The notes under the pieces are model-generated. The model did no database searches and was not told the DNA's origin. It saw only the letters and a list, made by a program, of their open reading frames with translations. 64,000 bases of DNA from Oikopleura dioica. Its lineage: Eukaryota > Animalia > Chordata. Where the stretch lies: contig OU015568.1 of assembly GCA_907165135.1 (NCBI GenBank), positions 9,176,001 through 9,240,000 of the forward strand, in the 5' to 3' direction. The translations under genes and the position numbers were made by a program. The stretch's first letter is position 1, and each line of letters opens with the position of its first letter. Shown here one piece after another: positions 54,628 to 64,000 of this stretch.

Positions 54628-55011
54628 AATATGCGTTGGTTAATCTCTTATTCAATGGCAGCGCTTTCGTAAAATGTCGAATTTTTGAAAAAAATTTTTT
54701 TCTGGTGAAAATATAACTGTGACTCCGTTTTATAAAGTTGAATCAATGGCAAGAACGAACCGATATTCAGAGAACGAACCGATACTCACGTACAGTGATA
54801 AGCCTGCTATTTTTAGAAATATTTGTCGCCTGAACAGAGGACAATTTCCGGGATTTCGACAAGTGAAAATCTCGGGGATTATCGAATTGTTCTCTCGTGA
54901 AATGACCATCAAAACATCACTGAGGAAGCAATAAATGAAGTTTATTGAAAACGTTTCTTTTTGAATAAAAATATACAGAAGGTATGATCTAGGCACAGTG
55001 AAAAAGCAAAA

Positions 55012-55853
55012 TTACGTCTTGATGAGTTCTTGTTCGCTGTCGCTTGTCATCACATAATCTTCTTTCTTCATTCGTCTTCGAATTGCACTGATAATGTGCT
55101 GAAGCGTCCACAAGGCTGAGAAAATCGAGGGTTGAATCAAAAACGTAAGTGCAGATTGAAGCTTGAGAACTCCCCACATTTGCTCGCTGCCGAGAGGCCC
55201 GTAATCGGTGAAGGAGTACATTGTGCTTCGGTACTCGGGCCACAAGTTGGCGATCGAGAAGAGGTAGAGAACGTTGAGGCCACAGTAAAGGACCGGTGCA
55301 AGAATCCACTTGTAAGCAAATGGTTCTGAAAATTTCAATTGAAAATTCGCTCATGTCGCTGTTTTTTTCTTACCTCTTGATAGGAAATCCATGGATGTAA
55401 CGACACCAAGAAGGCCATGCTGCCAAAAGCTGTGAAAGTGCGTATCAGTCGTTTCCATCATCACCCAGTAGACGAGAGCGATGAGCCAGGAACCGGTCGC
55501 TGTTTGAGCAGAAAGCCACTTTTCCCAAAAAAGAAGGCGCTTGTTCGTAGAATGTCGGGAAAAGAGGGTGAGGACGGCCCACACAGCGCAGCAGAACTCG
55601 TTCGCGTTGGAAACGTAGTCAAAGTAGTATTGTCCCTAAATTTGAGAATGAAAATCAACGAAGAGTTACTGAAATATTTTACCTTGTATCTATTCTCTGG
55701 ATCTTCCCGAAAGATCAAGTAGCTGTAAAGCAGCCACGCCAGCATAAAACCCGCTCGAATACCGACGAGGTGGTCTTTGATAAGTTGAATCGTTGAACTC
55801 TTCATTTTCATTTCACAGTTTTGTTCTGGTAGAAAAGTGATGGTAACCCCCAT
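55012..55853 (-). CDS. Multi-pass membrane protein, rolling stone / AIG1-ADTRP-like
   Basis: Spliced 'YYFDYVSNANEF' (compare Y-L-T-N-W), 'ALVYW', 'FWQHGLLGVVTSMDF', 'P.LYCGLNVLY', 'YSFTDY': the motif order typical of this family. Confidence 0.5.
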
Positions 55854-56906
55854 TTTTATACGTTTCTCGATTGATGATTATTTACTGGCAGACCTTGGGA
55901 GCAAGCGCCGGCCTTGAAACTTCTTCGATGGAGACTTTTCTTATCACTGGAACGTCAGCTTTTCGCGAGCTGTCTCTGGGAAGGACGTTTCTGCCACTCT
56001 CTCTCACTCTATAAAATATCGTCTTTATAACTTTGGAATCTGGGTAAATCAGCATCGGACCATGTTTTTAACAGCGGGGCTTGTTGAACGAGTACGGCCA
56101 AGTTCACCCTCATAAAACAACCAAGTTAGCTAATTAACAGAAGTTTCTCTTGTGACAATTACCTTAGAATAAAAAGATCTCTTTTTTGAGTGTTTGAAAT
56201 CTGAGGTTAAAAAGTTCTGAGCTGTACAAAAAACAGATGGTCTAGAAAAAGTCAATTAATCGTCGATTCATAATCGACTTGAAAGGCACAGTAGCAATTT
56301 CCGCTTTAGTTCCGTTTTATAATAATGGAGCCATGGCTACACGAAAAACTGCTTTCAACTTTACATATTTGTTTAATTTTTATAATTGATGAGTATGCAA
56401 GAAATTCATGATTGGCAAATAGTCTCAATCTCGAGATAAAGATTCCATGTTCCAAAAAGTCCTTCGAAATGAACTGACCGACCTTCTTATTTTTCAAACA
56501 ACAGTATGTTTACTTCAAGGCCGTGACGTAAAATTCATACGTTGGAAGTTATTTGCCCCAATTTTTCAATGTTGATTCCGTGCTTTTTCAAGGTCATTGA
56601 ATAAATGTTCGTAAAAAACCTTCGAAATCAAGGACTGACGCAAAATTTGACGTAGAGACCTCCCATGATCAGCAGATTTGGAGTATTTGTACAGTATCAG
56701 ACGAAAACACCGAAATCATTCGTTATTTTTATTGCAATAGTTGCTTCGAATAAAAAAACTGACAGCTGCTCATAATGTTAGTTGAAGAATCATCCCTCCC
56801 GCTCGCGAAAACTCAACTTCAGTATAAAAAGGCTCGGGAACTCACTTTAGACCCGCATTTTCAATAAAATCAGGAAACCATGTAAATAGAGAAAAAAAAT
56901 CTAAAA

Positions 56907-57209
56907 ATGTCATCTAACCAGCCTACTTGCAATTGCGCTCCCACAATCAACTGCGGTTCGTCCGCCACTTCCAAATCAGATCTAACATGCGAGCAAACGA
57001 TGGAAGAAGAAGTGAGAATCAAACTTGAGAGAGGACAAATGTTCTTCACACTCTCCATGGTTCTCACTGCATTTCTCGGACTTTTGCTAATTCTAGCAAT
57101 CTTCAAAATCGGCATTCCTTTTTTCAAGAAATGCTTCTCGTCTCCTTCAAACTCACGAAAAAAGAAGTTTATTGATGAAAGAAAGCTGTCTACTGGAAGT
57201 TACGTTTAA
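56907..57209 (+). CDS. Small single-pass membrane protein (100 aa)
   Basis: ATG ORF with one hydrophobic helix 'MFFTLSMVLTAFLGLLLILAIF' and a basic tail; TATAAAA at about 56823. Confidence 0.55.
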   Translation: MSSNQPTCNCAPTINCGSSATSKSDLTCEQTMEEEVRIKLERGQMFFTLSMVLTAFLGLLLILAIFKIGIPFFKKCFSSPSNSRKKKFIDERKLSTGSYV

Positions 57210-57340
57210 AATAACGTTAGAAAAGAATGTCTGTTTGAAAATCTTTCATATAATTTTATTCATTTTCGATTGAAAAAGGCTTGTACAGCGTCTTTTCAGG
57301 TTCAATATTTCATCTTATCATATCCTTTCGTTATCATAAT

Positions 57341-58334
57341 CTAATCATCATTATCTTCATTGTAAAAATCCACTTTCATTTATGAACCTTCCTTTACACT
57401 CTGGCGATTCCCATCTTTCCTTCAATCCATAATTCTCGGCAGTAGCTGTTTTCAGCAAATGCTCAACCTTCGCCTTAAAAAATATTTCATTCTCAATAAT
57501 AAATTTTTAACCAATTGAATGACCTGATTCTTTACTAAAGATTTCCCGAGCACCATCGCTTGTGGTGGGAGCTCAGCAATTTCTTCAAGCATCGCATTGA
57601 CTTGCTCCTCGAAGTTTTCGGAAGAGATTAGACGGCTGACCAAGCCACAATCTTTTGCTTCTTGAGCGGACATTTGCTTGTTGAATAAAAGCATTTCGCT
57701 AGCCAGAGAAGATCCCATAATTTTCGGGAATGTTGATGAACTGCATCCCTCGGGACCTAATTTGTCCTGATAAAAGCAAAAAAAATTAAAAAGGAACACC
57801 TTGGGCAAGCTTAGTAAACGGTGTCAAGAAATAGGCATCTTCGCTGGCCCAAACAGCATCGCACAGAGTCAGCGTCGTAGCGGATATTCCAATAGCTGAA
57901 AAATATGATAACCTCCCCCTCAGCTAAGCATCCACTCACCTGGTCCATTGCAAATTGCAATCAGTGGCTTTTTGAACTCAATAAATGCTTTGACAAAGTT
58001 GTCGATCACTTGGCGGGAAAGCTCCGTTCCATCTTCACTACAATCGTGTCGGAAAATGGAACTTATTTTTCTTTTCAAACCTGCCATAGATGTAGCTGAA
58101 GTTGTTGATGTCATTTCCCGCGCTGTAGAATTTTCCTTCTCCTGTCAAAGCCACGAATTTTACGCTCTCATCTTCGTCAAGTTTTCTCAACGCGAGTGGA
58201 ATTTCTTGAAAAGTATCGATATTGATGCAATTGTATTTCTCTGGACGATTAAAAGCTATTCTTCCATAGTTTTCTTTTAGACCGACAGAGATTGTTGAAT
58301 AAAATCGACTTGAGGCTTTTTGAAAAACTTTCAT
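57341..58334 (-). CDS. ECI2: Enoyl-CoA delta isomerase 2-like (crotonase fold, no ACBP domain visible)
   Basis: 'FNRPEKYNCI', 'LTGEGKFYSAGND', 'FIEFKKPLIAICNGP', 'TPFTKLAQGPEGCSSSTFPKIMG', 'SAQEAKDCGLV'; mitochondrial-type N-terminus 'MKVFQKASSRFYS'. Confidence 0.88.
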
Positions 58335-59721
58335 TTTTGAAATAATATTTTTTTTTCTGTTTGTTGAGCGAAGGTGCGGCGCGAGATTTATTTGCATTTC
58401 AGAATTCAAAAATGAATTGTAATTTTCGGTCAAGTGCGGTCGAGTCAAGTTTATCGGTGATTACCTTGATGACCTGACTTATCGACGTCTTCATTACTGT
58501 AATGAAGATTGGTGCTGCATTTTGTCATTATTTGGCATTAGGCTACCCATTTCATCCATCCATCTTCATTTTTTTCGGAGAAAAAGGCTGTGAAAAGGAC
58601 TTTCGGAAAAAATGATTAGAGGTAAAATATGTCGACTATTTTGAATTGTGGAGAGTATGTGTAGATTCTTCTTTAAAAATCTTCAATTACAGTAACACTT
58701 TTTTTTTAAGCTGTAACTGTATGAGAAAATCAACGACATCTTGTGAGGCGATTTTCGAAGCTTCGGTAAGAAAGAAAACACTTCAATTTTCTTCTTGTTC
58801 AATGAGAATGAGCAGACAACATATGTGCATTATGAATAAGTATTACTGTGTTCACAATATGCTGTCTGAATAATGTAGAGTTTCTTCGCTCAGATTTGGC
58901 AGACTCCGTTTTGAGAGAGAAAAACCTTCGGAAAAAACATTTATGGGCAAGAAAAGAGGGAGAATTTTGAATTTAGATAAACGAAACCTGCACAGCTTGG
59001 ATGGAAACTCAACTAGAATCAAGCAATGAATTAGAGAATGAAATCGTTGCTCCGAATAATATTCTCACAACCCTAGCAGCTATTGGTTCTGTTACAGGTA
59101 GAAGCAAAAAGGTTTCTTGAGGAAAAAATTTAGGTCTGATTCTTCTCCTATATTTATGCGTCTGCCTTTGTCGAAGACAGAATAAACGAAGAAATTCAGA
59201 CAATTGGGTGTAATGAAATTACGGAATTCAAGACGCGAGAGCTTTTACTGTCCATTCCAAAGAATTTGTTGTAAATAAACCATTCTGTTAGACGAGACAT
59301 TTGCTCGTCTAAAATTATGAAAACGATTCAAATTGACCCTAATCAAGAAAATAAGATTTTATTTTTAAAGAGGCTGCGAAAAAGCAAATATTTTGGACGT
59401 TTATTTTAGAGTTCATTTGGTGGGAGTAGATTTCATGCAGTAAAGACTCGAAGAAAGAATGGTAGTAACACACCGTAACCTCAGGTCAATATTTGGACAG
59501 AAAATTCGTCGAAGAAATGAAAAGGATTTAGAATTATAAAACTTAAATATGGGCGTTTCGTTTTGTCACGCGGACTCATAGAGAGTTGTTTTCAAGTTGA
59601 GACTTATTTGCTCTCGTAGTATATAAACAGCCTCAGTCCAAATGGATCTTCACACGTTCCATTCTACTACCTAAATTCGGAACACTAATTTTTTTGTATT
59701 TTTATTTGTTCGAAAAATTTA

Positions 59722-60022
59722 ATGGAAACGCTAGAAGAAGTTTTTGTTATCATTTTCATCGTTTTTGCTTCGTTAATTTTAACATGCATCGTCACAAAAT
59801 ACTGTCACGCTTGGTAAGCTTATTTTCTCAAGCAAAGAAATGATTATTTTTCCTAGCTATTCAAGATTCAAGAGACACGTTGTGAAGCCAATTTTACCGA
59901 CGACAATTGAAAGAGAAAATGATGGAAGAATAAATTTTCAAAGAGATCCGCCGCCATACAAACCAATGCCTTTACCTGCATATTCTGAGCTTTTTCCCGA
60001 TTCTGCCAAGCAAAAGTTCTAA
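59722..60022 (+). CDS. Small type III membrane protein with a Cys-rich juxtamembrane segment and PPPY / LPAY motifs; 2 exons
   Basis: Exons 59722-59813 and 59857-60022 joined by a GT-AG intron give METLEEVFVIIFIVFASLILTCIVTKYCHACYSRF...DPPPYKPMPLPAYSELF. TATATAAA at about 59619. Confidence 0.65.
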
Positions 60023-61239
60023 TTAATTTGTGAATAAATACGAGAGAAACTATTCGGTTTACTTTTTGCTTGCTACGTACCTAGCAAATATTTGCAGAGT
60101 TCAGTTAACATGTTTACAAGAAAGAAATTATTCAATTGGTGAGATAATGCAAACAGTCCAAATTGACCCTTGTGTATTCTTTATTGTCAGATTCTGCCCA
60201 GTCTTGAAGAACGATGAGCGCGAGTTGTAACTTTGGAAAATAAATCAAATGCCACGGGAGCAGGTACGACCGGGATCGTTGGTTCTGGAGGAGCTTCAGG
60301 CGGCAGAACAAGAAATACCCGCCGGTCAAATACTCGGATATCGTAGTTTGTCATTCTTCTGTCGCAATCTTCAGAAACACAACTATCAATTTGAAAGAAG
60401 AAAGCTGACTCACCCATGCAGAAAACTTCACATTTTGGATCCAAGTTGAAATATTCAATTCCCGCCACTAAAACTCGTCAAATTTTCTCTCACAAAAAAC
60501 AACATACGTCTGACTTCTTGGTGAATTCTACCATTAATCTTTATGCATTGACCTCCATTAAAAGGTGGTAAATGATATTCGGACTTGTAAGGAGCTGATG
60601 AATTTGAGCCCATTTCAAATGGCAGTGTTTTACTTTCGTGAACTGAGATAGTTTTATGACCGCTGCTTGAAAGGAGGATTATTTCTAAAAAGTCGGAGCT
60701 TTGGAGAGAAAACGTGGCGAAATCTCATTGATAGACTTGCTTTTACCCTGCATAATAAACTTCATATAAGAAATTCTATCTCGAACAATTTTATTGTATA
60801 ATATTGGTTGTAAATCGAATCAGAAATTTAATAAATCCAAATTTTTGAAGGAAAAACTATTTCGGCCGAAACTTTTTCTTTTTTGAATATCCTTCTTAGT
60901 CCATATTGTCGCCAGCCTTCTCAAGATCCGGAATTTCCTAAAAATATTTAAGAAAGGGAAATTCCCTTTAACATTATGTTATTTTTTTTACCTGAAGATC
61001 ATCACAAGTATGAAATTGAAGTTTGAAAGACTCGATTTCATAATTAGTGATTTCGAGCACCTCTTCGCTTTGGAAATCTAGCCGTGGACGCTCTCTCTCG
61101 GAAGTAGGACTCTTCTCAAGCGTTACCATCAGCGGGTTGAGGATCATAAGAACAAATCTTACTTTACATCCATGTCTAATCATTATTTAAACAAAATTTA
61201 AGCAAAATAAATTATTATTAATAATTTAAATAATTATTA

Positions 61240-61914
61240 TTATGCTGACCCGTCGCATGTTACCAAAATCTTGCCGTCTTTCCTAACATCTCTTCCGGTG
61301 TACCATTTTTCAATGCCAGCCTCATTGTCCATGAGGTAATGGACAATAAGGACTCTTATGGCACACTTGCCACTTCGTCGAATTTCCTTTATCTTCGCTG
61401 GAAACTCGGATTCCAAAAGGTAGGCATCAGGTGAAAAGAATTCGGTCGAATTCTTGTCAGTGCAGCAATTCGCTGTAGATTCGCTGAGAGTTTCCTCTCC
61501 AACAGCATTAGGAACTTGGTCCTCTGAATCAACTGAATGATTACGTTTTCGGGAACTGGTCCCTTGTTGATTTACCTCTGCCGAGGCATTTGATGTGGGA
61601 TTAGCTTCCCGGTCGGGAAGTAATCCGTTTAAAGTTGAGGAGGCGTTAACCTCTGAATTTACATCAGTAAGACGTTTTGGGAACAAATTTCGAATGCACA
61701 TTCGGTAATTGTCCGCATTATCCACTTCATTGGCATAAAACAACGACTTCTTTATGTCCACTTCAGTGACGGGTTCCCCCTGGCGTTTTTTGTTCCGCAT
61801 GTCCTTCAGTTGTTTGATAAGGCAGGGGACGTTTTTTCGGTGTTCTCGGTTGATTTCTCTTATTTTATTCTCCCACATATCTTTTAAATGCTGCATAATG
61901 AAAATGTCTCTCAA
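61240..61914 (-). CDS. Hypothetical intronless protein (224-aa ORF), possibly transposon-derived
   Basis: Long ATG ORF in a region that is otherwise AT-rich and non-coding. No family recognised. Confidence 0.35.
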   Translation of the reverse strand: MRDIFIMQHLKDMWENKIREINREHRKNVPCLIKQLKDMRNKKRQGEPVTEVDIKKSLFYANEVDNADNYRMCIRNLFPKRLTDVNSEVNASSTLNGLLPDREANPTSNASAEVNQQGTSSRKRNHSVDSEDQVPNAVGEETLSESTANCCTDKNSTEFFSPDAYLLESEFPAKIKEIRRSGKCAIRVLIVHYLMDNEAGIEKWYTGRDVRKDGKILVTCDGSA

Positions 61915-62284
61915 AATTTATGCGAATTTTTATTGATGTTGACTCGAAGTGAATGAGTGACAGAAAAATGGCTGAGCATGGAAAAGCCGGGCGGCAAATC
62001 TAGAGCGTAACCCAAGTCTAGAAGTAAGTCTTGTTTAGCGAAAAGAAAAATCACCATTCCTTTGATATTGATGCATATTCAAAGTGCAAGGTGCACGATC
62101 ATCGGAGCACCTTGTCTATCAGTCAGAGATCAGCTTGTAGCAATCAAGACGGGCTTGATCCCCCGCCGAGCGGGACCACCTGCTCTTCCTGCGCCTTCCT
62201 TGGAGGCGCTGTTCTGTTGAGAATATAATCATCCTTCTTTTCCTTTGAAATCATTAAATTTGAAAACTCAAAAAAAACAAAAAC

Positions 62285-62554
62285 ATGACCAATACAAAAG
62301 TTCCCTCAAAATCATCAGTTCTTCGACGAAAATCCTTAGCGATGAAAAGCACCAAACGCCCACTCTCTTACGCATCCAGCGATCTTCTCAACATTGAAGT
62401 GCCAAAGAAGAAAATCAACAGAAGAAATAGCTTGATGAAGCTCAAGGAATTCTTTTCCCTGAAGAAGAACTTTCGCGAAATCAAGGAGGAGAAGGGCCTC
62501 AAGGTCTTCAGAAGAAACAACTCGATTCATAGTATTGAGTTTTGGGAAGACTGA
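62285..62554 (+). CDS. Hypothetical small basic protein (89 aa) with repeated RRxS motifs
   Basis: ATG ORF followed by AATAAA near 62586. Confidence 0.35.
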   Translation: MTNTKVPSKSSVLRRKSLAMKSTKRPLSYASSDLLNIEVPKKKINRRNSLMKLKEFFSLKKNFREIKEEKGLKVFRRNNSIHSIEFWED

Positions 62555-62797
62555 GTTTTATTCTTTCTGTTTTAATGAACTTTTCAATAAAAAAAAAATA
62601 ATAAAATGGTCTGAATGGATCGAATGAATGAACCACTAGATAATTCTGAAGAGTAAAATGTTTGCAGTCTAAAAATATCTATGTCATTGAGAGGAGATGA
62701 CTTGCAAGTGATAAGATTTAGCTGCGCTACGTGAGGGTGGGTACAGTCACTCACAGATTTGCAAATTGCAAAAACTTATAGTAAAGAAAGCCAAAAA

Positions 62798-64000
62798 ATG
62801 AGTGAAGAAGAAGAAATCGTACCGAAAAGTCGACAAGCAAACGCGGCGATTGCCCCGAGACGATTTCAACAAGTATTATTTTCAAAAATCAAAATGGATA
62901 ATTTAATCTTTTCTGATTTTAAGCTCAATGCGGGTTTGAGAACTGAGAGAAGAACTTTTGAAGAAATTCGAGAACAGCATCTTGAGGATTTTTATGAAGA
63001 CCCCGAGTTTCCTGCTATTCCCGGATCGCTCTTTTGCACAAATTATAATCGACCTGCCAATGCTGACCAGATTGAGTGGCTAAGACCAAGAGATATTTGT
63101 CAGATTCTTGGCCTGCCTGTTTGGGTTTCCTTGACTTTTTATCCTTGAATTGAAATAATCAAAAAAAGTTTGCGAAAAACCCTTTGTAAAGACCCGAAAT
63201 TGAAGGTCGATGGCTACTCTCAATACGACATCGTCCAGGGCAGCCTTGGAGACTGTTGGCTCCTCGCTGCTATGGCCTCGATTTCCATGCATGAAAAGAT
63301 CATGGACTAGGGCTTCAAAGCGGGACGACGACGCATCTTTGCGCTCGTTCCGTTTTCAGCCTTGGCTAAGACGTCGTTTTAAAACCGGGACAGAGCTTCA
63401 ACCATGGCGAGTACTGCGGTGCTTTTATTGTTCAAATCTGGCAGTATGGAAAGTGGATGGACGTGATTGTTGATGATCGACTGCCGACGATCAATGGCGA
63501 GCTGGTGTACTTGAGCTCAGGTGCGTTATCGTCTCAGAGTTGAGTCTTGATAACAATTTCAGCCTCGAAAAACGAGTTCTGGTCTGCAATCATCGAAAAG
63601 GCCTACGCCAAATTGAATGGCTCCTACGAGGCTTTGAGAGGCGGATCAATCACTGAAGCTCTTTGCGACTTCACTGGTGGCATTTGCGAGACCTATGATC
63701 TCGGCGATCACGGTTTCAAGACTTCTTCTGTTCCAGATGATCTCTTCAAAATCACCGCCAAGGCTTTCAAAAAAGGCGCCGTCGGAGGTGCCAGTTTGGA
63801 ATTCGAAGGTTCTGGCGTCGAATCCAGAGCTCAAGGTGGTCTTATCGCAGGCCATGCTTATTCTGTTCAGAACGCTCTTACAGTAAGTTCTTCTGTAAAA
63901 GATGAAGCTAGTCATTTTTAGCTTTCCGACGGAACAAAGCTGATTTGTCTCCGAAATCCATGGGGCCAAGCTGAATGGAACGGAGCATATTCTGACGGCT
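62798..64000 (+). CDS. CAPN: Calpain (CysPc catalytic domain); 3' end lies outside the window
   Basis: 'YEDPEFPA', 'EWLRP', catalytic Cys in 'QGSLGDCWLLAA', 'VDDRLPT', 'EFWSAIIEKAYAKLNGSYEAL', His in 'GHAYSV' and Asn in 'RNPWG'. Confidence 0.93.

Noticed and set aside
60187-60468. Minus-strand 93-aa ORF as a gene convergent with the PY microprotein
   Set aside because: The apparent GT-AG intron does not give a consistent frame and no motif is recognised. Insufficient support.
63308-63370. UAG readthrough or recoding stimulated by the downstream hairpin in calpain
   Set aside because: Reading through TAG reaches TAA at about 63379 and is out of frame with the conserved downstream sequence. 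Excision of 65 nt fits better.

Overview
Gene-dense eukaryotic DNA with many very short introns (about 40-70 nt) and several GA-AG introns. This pattern suggests an appendicularian tunicate such as Oikopleura (inference, not a database result). Recognisable genes, in order: the 3' end of a white-type ABCG transporter; an internally duplicated coiled-coil protein whose C-terminal membrane anchor looks copied from that ABCG gene; a full ryanodine receptor (minus strand, about 16 kb); a secreted ShK/DOMON/TSP1/discoidin locus that appears to use three alternative last exons; an XK-related protein; a TBC1D15/17-like RabGAP; an H2A-H2B-H4 histone mini-cluster with 3' stem-loops; a polycystin-1-like gene with tandem ConA-like and EGF repeats; a rolling-stone/AIG1-like membrane protein; an ECI2-like isomerase; two small single-pass proteins; and a calpain that runs off the window end. 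Non-coding elements include a 205-bp inverted repeat carrying two Penelope-type minimal hammerhead ribozyme motifs and a foldback/MITE element. The strongest leads are two similar 64-65 nt GC-rich hairpin inserts inside conserved coding sequence that must be spliced out through non-GT donors (candidate MITE-derived introner family), the ABCG transmembrane-tail capture, and the three-ended ShK locus. Five reading-frame breaks sit on homopolymer runs and are probably assembly indels.
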